Assembly: GCF_004010195.1 (NCBI RefSeq)
Contig: NC_057720.1
Span: 33,677,503-33,741,502 of the forward strand
DNA: 64,000 nucleotides
Reading direction: 5' to 3'
DNA from: Chiloscyllium plagiosum
Taxonomy: Eukaryota
Shown here: in pieces, positions 24,481 through 35,624 of the stretch
Layout: the number at the start of each line of letters is the position of its first letter
How positions within the stretch are numbered: position 1 is the first letter of the stretch
Translations under genes and position numbers: made by a program
The notes under the pieces: model-generated
The model's database searches: none
What the model was told of the DNA's origin: nothing
Seen by the model: only the letters and a program-made list of their open reading frames with translations

Positions 24481-24734
24481 TCCCTAGTTCTTTAACTCTG
24501 TTGATAAAAAAGCTTATAGAAATGTGAAGATTAGCTCCAGTTATACCCTTCTCCACAAACTAAAATGAAAGAACTGCAGATTCTGGAAATGAGAAACACA
24601 AATAAATACAAAAGCAGAAATTGCTGGAAAAGCTCAGCAGGTCTGGCAATATCTGTGGAGTTGTCCTTTACCATTAGATTCCCTGTATATAAGACACACA
24701 ACACTAATTTCCAACTTGATCAAGCTTATAAAAT

Positions 24735-26110
24735 AGTTTTTAAAAAAGTAAGGCGAGACCCAAAGATTAAAAAAGGAGGGAAAATTAGATGGAGAGAAAG
24801 CTATCTAAAAATATGAAAACAAATAATGGTGCTATTGGTGCTTCAAAAGGGAAAAAGTTAACTGAGAATGTTTGACCTAAGGAAGGTGAAACTGAATAAT
24901 TAATAACAGAAAATAAGGAAATGACTGATGAATTGAATAGGTATCTTGCTTCATTCTTCACTGTTGAGGTAACAATTACCATCTCAAATGCAAATAAAAG
25001 AAGTAGAAGGGAGGGAGGAACCAAAGAAAGTTACAGTCACCAGTACTGTGGCACTGAACAAATTGTTGGAGTTGGAAGCTGACAAGTCCCTGGGTCCTGA
25101 TGGACTTCATCCCAGGATCTTAAAAGGAGTCATGATGTGGAGGTGCCGGTGTTGGACTGGGGTGGACAAGCTCAGAAGTCACATGTTACACTTAAGGAGC
25201 AGTGCTCTGAAAGTGTGTGATTTAAAATAAACCTGTTGGATTGTAACCTGGTGTCGTGTGACTTCTGACCTCAAAAAGATCTCATTCCTGATAAAGGGCT
25301 TTTGCCCGAAATGTTGATTTTCCTGCTCCTCAGATGCTGCCTGACCTGCTGTGCTTTTCTAGCACCACACTCTTGACTTAAAAAGAGTGTCTAGTAAGAT
25401 AGTTGATGCATTGGTTTTAGTTTTCCAAAGTTCCCTAGATTTTGAGGACGGTTTCACGAGATTACTAAATAGCAAATGTAACATCTTTAATTTGAAAGGG
25501 AGGGAGACAGGAAGGAGAAAACTACAAACAAATTAGCTTAAGATCCATCATAGCGAAGCTGTTACAAGTTATTCTGGAAGACATTGCAGCAGGGCGCTCA
25601 GAAAAATTCATGGTAATCAGGCAGAGTCGCAATGGTTTCGTGAAAAGGGAACCTGTTTAAACAATTTATTGGATGACTTTGAGTAAAATGTGCTGTGGAT
25701 AAAAAGGAAACCAGCAAATGTACTGTATTTAGATAACCAGAGGCATTCGATATGGTATCACATCAAGAGTTACCATGGAAAATAAAACTCGTGATGAATG
25801 ACCTAACATATAGATGTGGTTAGAAAATTGGCTAGCTAATAGGTAACAGATAGTGGTCATGAATTGAACGTTTTCTGTTTGGCAAGAAATGATGAGTGTA
25901 TTCCACAGTGATCAATGCTGGAACTTCAACTTCTAACCATTTTTAGATGGTGTGATTACTAAATTTTCTGCCAGCACAAAAACAGGTAGGAAATAAGTTC
26001 TGAAGAGGAGATAAAAATGCTAGCAAGGGATGTAGATAGGTTAAGTGAATGGGCAAAATTCCAGAAAATTCAGTATGATGTGGGGAAATGTAAAATTGTT
26101 CATTGTTGGA
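24735..26110 (+). mobile_element. Old CR1 LINE ORF2 fragment interrupted by PLE termini at 25131-25378
   Basis: DKSLGPDGLHPRILK, decayed HGFVK/AFD motifs; LINE sequence resumes after 25378. Confidence 0.8.
25131..25378 (+). mobile_element. Two adjacent PLE terminal fragments from different families
   Basis: 25131-25271 resembles the 31840-31940 family; 25280-25378 resembles 30865-30960 (ctgataaagggcttttgcccgaaatgttg). Confidence 0.75.
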
Positions 26111-26384
26111 CTACTAACTCATAAAATGATGATCTCTGTTGTATGTTTTGGGATGCCAACCAATATCAGCTTTTGTGGTTGGGGCAGTTGCTGGCAGCCA
26201 GTGAATCCTAAAGAGAAGAATCTTAATTACAATGTTATTTATTGCCTTTTCACAATCAGGTCAAGTTACATTAGTAAGATAATCATTATCACCAAGACAT
26301 TGAGAAGGGGTACGTTACAGGTTTTCACATAGGTGATGCAAATCCAAAACTTATCCCAACCCAAACCTAAATATCTGTAAAACT

Positions 26385-26590
26385 TTTGTAGGCATTGCTG
26401 GCTAGACTGATATTCTTTTCTCATTCCACTAGCCCTGGTAGTGAGCTGCCTTCTTATACTACTGCCTTCTTAACACATACAATGCTGTTAGAAAGGGAGT
26501 TCCAAGACTTTGACCCAGTGACAGTGAAATGATGATTATATATTTTCAATTCATAATGATGTGTGGCTTGAAGGGGTGCTTGCAATTCAT
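26385..26590 (-). mobile_element. CR1 family B 3' UTR fragment
   Basis: Reverse complement resembles 21100-21290 (ttcactgtcactgggtcaaa...ggaactccct). Confidence 0.6.
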
Positions 26591-27333
26591 CAATTGATGG
26601 AGATTAATGCAGACATCATTAACCCGCACAGAACTGTTATATTGTATAATTGTCTGTGTGGTTTTCTGGATTGGTTTTAGTTGCCTAAGGGAATGAGAGG
26701 AAAGATTTCCAGATTTTCAGTTTTTGTTCATAATTGGCTTTAGGCTTTTACCTTTTTGTTTACATCAATGAGAAGATTACGGGGCTGCTGTTGGTAATCA
26801 TTCTACTATCCTGACTGTGAGAGGCAGATGCTCTTTTCCCGCCAAACATTTTCATATGTGAAAATGGGCAGAAGGGCATATCTCATCCACTTTTGAAAAT
26901 GGAAAATGCCATATTTTCCTGAATATAATATGCAGTGAACTGATGTATTCAAAAACTTAAATGCAGCAGTAACTAAATTACTGTTAGAGTAATGTGAATT
27001 TAGTCATAACTAATTAAAGGTAGATAGAAGGCATGTAGTGGAACTGTGTGTTCTTGAAACCGAAGTTGATGTTGTAAAGCTCAGTCTGAGCAGGATATCT
27101 TTTCAGAACCTAAGCCACCAGTCAAATACAATATGGGAGTTGATATAGATAATTAATCATTTGTAAATAAGTGACTTGGCTCTGATGGCGAATACTTTAT
27201 CAAAGGTACTTTGCACTTTCGCCAGATGCATAGTTTGAGACCCAAAATCTAATAAGAGTCACAGAATTATTATAGTATAGAAGGCAGCCACTTGTCCGCT
27301 CATAAAAGCAAATTACTGCGGATGCTGGAATCT

Positions 27334-27833
27334 NNNNNNNNNNNNNNNNNNNNNNNNNNNNNNNNNNNNNNNNNNNNNNNNNNNNNNNNNNNNNNNNNNN
27401 NNNNNNNNNNNNNNNNNNNNNNNNNNNNNNNNNNNNNNNNNNNNNNNNNNNNNNNNNNNNNNNNNNNNNNNNNNNNNNNNNNNNNNNNNNNNNNNNNNNN
27501 NNNNNNNNNNNNNNNNNNNNNNNNNNNNNNNNNNNNNNNNNNNNNNNNNNNNNNNNNNNNNNNNNNNNNNNNNNNNNNNNNNNNNNNNNNNNNNNNNNNN
27601 NNNNNNNNNNNNNNNNNNNNNNNNNNNNNNNNNNNNNNNNNNNNNNNNNNNNNNNNNNNNNNNNNNNNNNNNNNNNNNNNNNNNNNNNNNNNNNNNNNNN
27701 NNNNNNNNNNNNNNNNNNNNNNNNNNNNNNNNNNNNNNNNNNNNNNNNNNNNNNNNNNNNNNNNNNNNNNNNNNNNNNNNNNNNNNNNNNNNNNNNNNNN
27801 NNNNNNNNNNNNNNNNNNNNNNNNNNNNNNNNN
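27334..27833. other. Assembly gap of exactly 500 N (placeholder join)
   Basis: Round length; other gaps at 6853-7401, 17138-18085, 36166-36821, 51760-51920, 53064-53080. Confidence 0.9.
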
Positions 27834-28250
27834 CCAGGCTGTGCATTCCAGACCCGGACCACTTCTTTTCCAAATCATTTTAAAGTTGTGCCCTTTGGTT
27901 CCTGATCCTTTCATGAGATAGAATAGTTTCTTCCTTTGTATTCAGTTCAGACCCCTCATGATTTTGGAAGCTTCAATCATTTTTCTTCTTAGCCCTCTCC
28001 TTTCCAAAGAAAGCAGTCTCAAACTCTTCAATCTAGCTTCATAATTGAACTTTACCTTCCCTGGAATTACTCTCATCTCTTCTGCACTCTCTCCAATGTG
28101 TTCACATCCTTCCTCAGGTGTGGTGCCCAGGACCATACACAATACTCCAGCTGAGGTCTAACATAGGTTGAGCATAACCTGCTTTCTTGTGTTCTAATGC
28201 CAATATTAATGAAACCCAAGATGTCATATGCAGACACTGATGGCATAGAT
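27834..28250 (-). mobile_element. Old CR1 LINE fragment
   Basis: Minus-strand YEARLKSLRLLSLERRGLR...IEASKIMRG and VRVWNA. Confidence 0.75.
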
Positions 28251-30222
28251 AATCAAAGGAATTAGTCTGGAGAGTGTGTTATGTGTGTTATGGGCAGTTA
28301 AAGCCATACAGCATAGAAACAGACTCCTCGATCCAACCAATCCACGCCAACCATGTTCCCAAACTAAACTAGTCCCATGTGCCTGCACTTGGCCCATATC
28401 CCTTTAAACCTCTTCTATTCATGAATTTATCCAAATGTCTTTTTAAATATTGTAACTGTACCTGCATCCTGGTAGTTCATTCCAGGCATGAACCACTCTG
28501 TGTTTAAAGTAAAATTGCCCCTCATGCTCTTTCTAAATCTTTCTCCTCTCACCTGAAAAATATATCCCCTAATTTTCAATTCACCCACCTTAGGGAGAAG
28601 ACTCATGTTATTCACCTTATCCATGCCCCTCATTAAGGTTACCCCTTAACCTCCTACATTTCAGTGAAAACAATTCTGGTTTTCCCAGCCTATTTTCTGA
28701 TATTCCCAGCAACATCCTTGTAATTCTTTTCTGAACCCTCTCCAGTTTAATCATACCCTTCCTATAACCGGACGATGAGAACTACACACAGTACTCCAGA
28801 AGAGGTCTCGCCAATTTCCTGTATAACCTCAACATGAAATCCCAACTCCTGTACTCCACCACCATCTTCTTTTTCCTACTGTCAAGCCAATTTTGTATAT
28901 AATTGGCAGGCTTGCCCTGAATCCCATATGATCTAACTTTACTAATTAGTCTACTATGTGGAACATTACCAGAGGCTCTACTAAAGTCCAAATAAGTAAC
29001 ACCTACCACTCTGCCCTCATCAATCATTTTGGTTAGTTTACTAAAAACTCAAATTTGTGAGACATGATTTTTCTTCACACCGTGCTGACTATCCATAATC
29101 ATTCCTTGCCCCTCCAAATGCATGTAAATTCTATCTTTCAGAATCACCTCAAACAACTTAACCATTATGAATGTCAGACTCACTGGTCTATAGTCTCCAG
29201 GCTTCTCCTTGCCTTGTCTTTCACTGTAACAGGAACATAGTGCTTCTGAACTCACGGTGTCACATTTTTGAAGGCCTCCCACTTGTCAGTCATCCCTTTA
29301 CCTGCAAACAATCAACTCCAGGCGACAGAATCAACACGGACATCTACTACAAACCGACCGACTCCCACAGCTACCTGGACTACACCTCCTCCCATCCTGC
29401 CCCCTGTAAAAACGCCATCCCATTCTCCCAATTCCTTCGACTCCGCCGCATCTGCTCCCAGGAGGACCAGTTCCAAAAACGCACAACCCAGATGGCCTCC
29501 TTCTTCAAGGACCGCAATTTCCCCCCCGACGTGGTCGACGATACTCTCCACCGCATCTCTTCCACTTCCCGATCCTCCGCCCTTGAACCCCGCCCCTCCA
29601 ACCGCCACCAGGACAAAACCCCACTGGTCCTCACCTACCACCCCACCAATCCCCATGTACAGCGCATCATCCGCCGTCACTTCCGCCACCTCCAAACAGA
29701 CCCCAGCACCAAAGATATATTTCCCTCCCCTCCCCTATCAGCTTTCCGTAGAGACCACTCCCTCCGCGACTCCCTTGTCAGATCCACACCCCCCACCGAC
29801 CCAACCACCACTCCCGGCACCTTCCCTTGCAACCGCAGGAGGTGCAACACTTGCGCCCACACCTCCCCCCTCACTCCTCTCCAAGGCCCCAAAGGAAACT
29901 TCCATATCCGCCACAGATTCACCTGCACCTCCACCCACATCATCTTAACACAGTGTTACTGAGCAATACACTGGGGTGGGGTACACAGTCCTACATGCTG
30001 GGAGGGTAACTGCTCCTGGTTTACAGATTAATTCACGGGTGATCACTGCACCGTTCGCTGTGCTGGTCAGACTATCTGGTTGAGGTTTATAGATAATGCA
30101 CTGTTATAGTCTGCACAGCTCACTGTGCTGGACAGATATATGGTCTGGAATTATAGATCGATGCCCTGATCTGATCTGTGCAGTATTCCATTCTGGAAAG
30201 ATTGCTGGTTTGTTTGACCAGT

Positions 30223-30759
30223 TGTTTTAAAAAATTCTCAAGGTCAGGTTCGTAGGAGAGTAGTCTGACACAGAACAAACGACCAAGAGGCGAGTCTGCT
30301 AGAATATGGGCATTTTATTCCCCGCAGCGTCGCCACAGCCAGGTCTCATACTTACAACGGGTCTGGCTTATACTCACTCTACATGTTACCGGAACTGGGA
30401 GCCGTCAGTTCTCGTAGAGCGGTTGCCAACAACCCACGCTCGGGGGGTAAATGTAACCCCGGAGCAGACTCACCGAACTGGAGACTTTTCCAGCTTTTTA
30501 TTCTTTTCCAGATATAAACATTCATGTGAACAGCAGAGCAAGGCTAAAAAACACATTCCATTCTGGTTACATACAGATAAGAAGATTCACACGGGGAGGT
30601 GTGTAATAAGATTCACACGGGACTAAGCAACACCTCCATTCCGGTTAGATTCACACATGTATTGGGACATAATTTTTAACCGTTTCACCACATTCCACTG
30701 CTTGGCCCAATACATGTGTTACATTATGATTCACACATGTATTGGGACATAATTTTACA
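30223..30759 (-). mobile_element. LTR (537 bp) of an unclassified LTR retroelement, followed by about 280 bp of putative leader (29945-30222)
   Basis: TGT...ACA termini; U3-like direct repeats; minus-strand TATAAG then AATAAA; followed by AC-TGGTC (PBS-like start). Confidence 0.65.
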
Positions 30760-30866
30760 CCACACACCCTCACCTTGACCTCTTTCCACCTATCACATTT
30801 CCGACGCCCCTCCCCCAAGTCCCTCCTCCCTACCTTTTATCTTAGCCTGCTGGACAAACTTTCCTC

Positions 30867-30902
30867 ATTCCTGAAGAAGGGCTTATGCCCGAAACGTCGA
30901 TT
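30867..30902 (+). ncRNA. Minimal hammerhead ribozyme motif in PLE terminus
   Basis: CUGAAGA-A-GGGC/UUAU/GCCC-GAAA-C-GUC; stem I weak. Confidence 0.75.
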
Positions 30903-31467
30903 CTCCTGTTCCCTGGATGCTGCCTGACCTGCTGCGCTTTTCCAGCAACACATTTCCAGCAACAATCAACTCCAATCAACTTATGAATGTTCTTGTTTCG
31001 TAGCCTTATTATTTGCTTTACTCCAATTAAAATCTTTAACTTTTATAAAAAGACTTATCTTTTTCCATGACTATTTTAAAACTAATAATATTATGATCAC
31101 TAGTCCCAAAGTGTTCCCCTACGAAGACTTCAGTCACTTGCCCTGCCTTATTTCCCACGAAAAGGTGAAGTTTTGCTCCTTCATTAGTCGGAGCATTTAC
31201 TTACTGATTAAAGAAAATTTTCTTGAACACATTTAACAAATTCTTCACCATTTAAACCTTCAGTTATGAGGTGTATCTTCAAATTTTGTCCTTGATTGAC
31301 ATATTTGTATGTGGATCCCTAAATTTCCTACCCTTGGGGTTAGCCAGTCAATTTCAAATAATCCAGCAGCAATTATCCTGTAATCATTTAAGGAAAAGTT
31401 AGTTTATTTTTTACATCCTTGTTCTAGAGGTTGCTAAGAAGCTATGTTTCATGTCTGTTTGTATTTT

Positions 31468-31480
31468 TCTCTCTCTCTCA

Positions 31481-31511
<31 letters not shown>
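31468..31511. repeat. (CT)n(CA)n compound microsatellite
   Basis: Directly visible. Confidence 0.9.
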
Positions 31512-31839
31512 CACACTAGTTGCAGATGAAAATGAAAAACAATACTCATACATCTTGAATGAACCAAAGGCTGTGTGTTGAAGCAGGCCTGTTGTTTCAA
31601 GGTCGAGATGCCAAGCTGTCAGAGGTGAAGAAATTTATTTGCAGAAATGACTTAACAGCCTGTAACGGTTTCCATCATTGATCTGCTGGAGATTTCTTCA
31701 CCGGTACCTTTTCGGTGGAACACAACAGTGGCAAGCGTGCGTCCTTGTTTCTTTTGCATCAACCTGCAGATATGACCCTTTCAAAACCTGGTTGTTTCAC
31801 AGCAGAGAGGCTTGTTAGTCCCTCTGTCCCAGTGATCGA

Positions 31840-31940
31840 TGTGATGTGGAGGTTCTGGTGTTGCTCCCTGATGAAGGAGCAGCGCTCCGAAAGCTTGCAC
31901 TTTCAAATACACCTGTTGGACTATAACCTGGTGTTGTGAT
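31840..31940 (+). mobile_element. PLE terminal fragment with hammerhead core at 31868-31896
   Basis: CUGAUGA-A-GGAGC/AGC/GCUCC-GAAA-GCUU followed by acctgttggactataacctggtgttgtg. Confidence 0.75.
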
Positions 31941-33185
31941 GGAGTTCGGCCTGTGTCGACTATCTCCCAGCTAATAACAGTCTGCTTTCTTTTAAACATG
32001 GAGGAAAGGTGGTTGCGTGTGACCCTTTAACAAATTCTGATCATGTTCCAAATAAGATGTTGCAGTAACCTCAGACCTTTTCACCCACTGCATGCTTGGC
32101 TTTTTACACTTTAAAGTTATCTGTACATTCACTGTCTTGGCACTAGAAGGAAGGCCATGAAAGACAGCCAGGAACATTTGTGGATAGTCATTGAATTCCA
32201 AGAGATCTTTCAAGGTAAGGTGTGACTTTTGTTGTTTTCTGTAGAGGTAAAGGTAAATCCAGAGTTAAGGCAGGCTGCTCCGATAGCTTTTCATTTTAAA
32301 AAAAAGTTAGCCTCTTTTCTTTACAATGGTAACCTTCAAAATATAATTTTTCAAATTCCATCTTGATATAAGAGTTTCTAAATGATTAAGGGCAAATAGG
32401 GCAAACAGCTCAGAATAGGCATGATGGAGAGCCAGAACGAGGGGAAGAACTGAAAGAATTCAAAAGAATGGAAGGAACTGCTTTGCTTTAGGAGGAATGA
32501 CGACTTCATTTGGGGCTGCTGTTTGTTTTGCTGATCATTTATATTTGTGAAGTGGGGCATTTTGCTTCACTGCCATTCTGCTGTATGCCAATTTTGACAA
32601 TCAGAGGTCAGCTGAGAGGGTGACTAAAATAAAGACACTTATAAGTTCAGTAGAGTTCAGAAATAATCCATCATTTATGAACAGCTATGTTTAGTTCACA
32701 TAAGTTGAAAGAAAATCAAATTATGAACAGTCAATGCAACTGTAGCTATTTTTCAGAACCGAGACCAGGTCAATTAGTAAACAGTAAAGAAAGCCTAAGC
32801 CTGTTGAATGTATTTTGGTGTGAAAGAATCATGTACACCATGGAGGTTGAATTCTCCCACACTTGCATTTGTAATCAAATTAGCAATTCTGGATTTGTGT
32901 TACTTAGTGAAAAGAAAGGAAGGCAGGAGGAAGGGAGGATGATGTGTATTGGTAGTAAACTGATTAACAATTATAATAGGCATGGTATTATAGTGATTAA
33001 TGATTCATAATTAACCAAGAAATCACTGTGACAGCAGAGTTGAAATCACTCAGTTCCAGACCTTGGTATACTGACCACAGTTAGTTGACAAACACTCTTC
33101 ATACATCTGTTTTTGAAGTTTGTGAGTATATGCTCAATTGGATAAGGAATTAAAGCTCTGAAATAGGTCTTGTCTTTCCTCTTCT

Positions 33186-34360
33186 TTCAGTAAGGTGTTC
33201 GACAAGATTCCCCATGGGAGACTGGTTAGCAAGGTTAGATCTCATGGAATCCAGAGAGAACTAGCCATTTGGATACAGAACTGGCTCAAAGGTAGAAGAT
33301 AGAGGGTGGTGGTGGGGGGTTGTTTTTTAGATTGGAAGCCTGTGACCAGTGGAGGGCCACAAGGATCAGTGCTGGGTCCACTACTTTTTGTCATTTACAT
33401 AAATGATTTGGATGCGAGCATAAGAGGTACAGTTAGTAAGTTTGCAGATGACACCAAAATTGGAAGTGTAGTGGACAGCGCAGAGGGTTACCTCAGATTA
33501 CAACAGGATCTTGACCAGATGGGCCAATGGGCTGAGAAGTGGCAGATAGAGTTTAATTCAGATAAATGTGAGGTGCTGCATTTTGGGAAAGCAAGTCTTA
33601 GTAGGACTTATACACTTAATAGTAAGGTCCTAGCGAGTGTTGCTGAACAAAGAGATCTTGGAGTGAAGGTTCATAGCTCTTTGAAAGTGGAGTCGCAGGT
33701 AGATAGGATAATGAAAAAGGCGTTTGGTATGCTTTCCTTTATTGGTCAGAATATTGAATACAGGAGTTGGGAGGTCATGTTGCGGCTGTACAGGACATTG
33801 GTCAGGCCACTGTTGGAATATTGCATGCAGTTCTGGTCTCCTTCCTATCGGAATGATATTGTGAAACTTGAAAGGGTTCAGAAAAGATTTACAAAGATGT
33901 TGCCAGATTTGGAGAATTTGAGCTATAGGGAGAGGCTGAACAGGCTGGAGCTGTTTTCCCTGGAGCGTCGGAGGCTGAGGGGTGACCTTATAGAGGTTTA
34001 TAAAATCATGAGGAGCATGGATAGGATAAATAGAAAAAGTCTTTTCCCTGGGGTCGGGGAGTTCAGAACTAGAGGGCATAGATTTAGGTGAGAGGGGAAA
34101 GATATAAAAGAGACCTAAGAGGCAACTTTTTCACGCAAAGGGTGGTACGTGTGTGGAATGGGCTGCCAGAGGAATTGGTGGAGGTGAGTACAATTGCAAC
34201 ATTTAAAACTCATCTGGATGGGTATATGAATAGGAAGGGTTTGGAGGGATATGGGCCGGGTGCTGGCAGGTGGGACGAGATTGGTTGGGATATCTGGTCG
34301 GCATGGACGAGTTGGACTGAAGGGTCTGTTTCCATGCTGTACATGTCTATGACTCTATAT
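33186..34360 (+). mobile_element. Young CR1 LINE (family A), 5'-truncated RT and 3' end
   Basis: 261-aa ORF with [37 protein letters not shown]; ctatgactcta tail. Confidence 0.97.
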
Positions 34361-35624
34361 CTGATTACATAAACCTTTCTGCTGTGAAGTTATGTCTGGC
34401 TGAGGTTAGTGGTTGAAATCAGTTAGATTAATCCCTACTACATTAATATCATTTGTATGACGTCTCTAGATATTTAAGTCTTGTGCTATGTACACACTCT
34501 TTTATTTTTTTAAGTCTCTATCACTAATTATAATCAAACAATTTAGATTTTCTGCCAAATTAAAAATTGATTTGATAATATGTACTATACATTCTGCTAT
34601 AGACCATTTGAGCATGAATACACGGTGATTATGTGATATCGGCCATATGTGTGTTGTCCTGCCATTTCAGGACCTATGATATTAATGGTTTTAAAGGCAA
34701 CCGATAACCTTATTGTTGACATGGTGTGTGTCTTTAACAATATGGAAAGCTTGATTATCTTCTAAATTTGCTTTAGCTTGATTGACTCTGAATCTCACTG
34801 CTTGCATTTATACACCTCCCTAACATTTCCCTTGCTGCCAGTTTGTGGCATTGTACCATTCTGTTGGTACCTATGTTTTGTTCTGGGATCTGAATCAGCC
34901 TTGAACCCATATATTCTTCACATGTGCACCCCATTCCTTTGGTAGCACATGCTTAATCAAGATAAGCAGAATAGCTTTTGAACAAGTATAACAGGCTGCC
35001 TTCATTACAGATTTGCTTGTATTGAAGTGTTTTGCTGACTGGAGCGATAGTTATGGTTGCAACTAAACATCTGTTTTTGGCCTGCCACTGTAGTTTCATA
35101 CTTGCGTTTATCCTTAAGTAATGTGCCAAAGTAATTTAGGGAGACCCTTTTCCTCCCCAAAGGCTTTAATTAATGTCGAAATAATGACTTACTCATTGAG
35201 CTGTTCTTGACAGTTTCTCTTCAGAACGATCGCACTCATATCCTTTTGATGCAGCATCTTCTGGCAAAGTAATCAATAGCCTCTTGGTCTTGCTGACTGT
35301 GAGACATGAGTTGGAGTCTGTTAATCCTGAAATTACTTTTTACCTTGAGCTGGTTATCAAGAACTTTCCAAATCTTTCCTAGATAGTTCTAATCATCGAT
35401 AGATGAAATGTGTTAATTTGATGAAGCCCCCTCCTTGCCAATGGCAAACAAGATTTCAAAAGTCCTTTTCTTGAGATCATCTGTTATTACTTCTGCATGT
35501 ATTGTTTGAATAGTAGTACTTCAGTAAAGGCGTCAGGATGCTGATCAATTCATAATTAAGTATGCGTTTAATTCTTTTAGTGGTTTGCTTCCCTACTTTA
35601 CTTCTCTCTTGCTGCTAGCTATTG

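Larger units (their letters stand above)
29321..30960 (+). mobile_element. Young 5'-truncated Neptune-type PLE whose GIY-YIG region is replaced by foreign sequence
   Basis: Open frame TDIYYKPTDSHSYLDYTSSHP...SQFLRLRRICS...GTFPCNRRRCNTC; terminal repeat 30760-30960; 14-bp TSD aacaatcaactcca at 29307-29320 and 30961-30974. Confidence 0.92.
28300..31255 (-). mobile_element. Decayed, internally deleted CR1 LINE hosting the PLE at 29321-30960
   Basis: 3' end near 28300, KPGDYRPVSLT, IDEGRVVGVTYLDFS; LINE sequence resumes after the PLE TSD at 30961. Confidence 0.8.

Noticed and set aside
29268..29948. 226-aa Pro/Thr/Ser-rich mucin-like ORF
   Set aside because: Alternative frame of the C-rich PLE RT coding strand
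30583..30756. Spaced direct repeats superficially like a CRISPR array
   Set aside because: Only two long copies, eukaryotic context, no cas genes; better explained as LTR U3 repeats
32147..32214. Possible exon ending at strong donor AAG|GTAAGG (AMKDSQEHLWIVIEFQEIFQ)
   Set aside because: Weak acceptor and unrecognised peptide; resemblance to kinase LWIVME is too short to support
35225..35268. Possible 44-nt exon after tttctcttcag
   Set aside because: Weak donor (AAA|GTAATC), unrecognised peptides, no supporting exon chain
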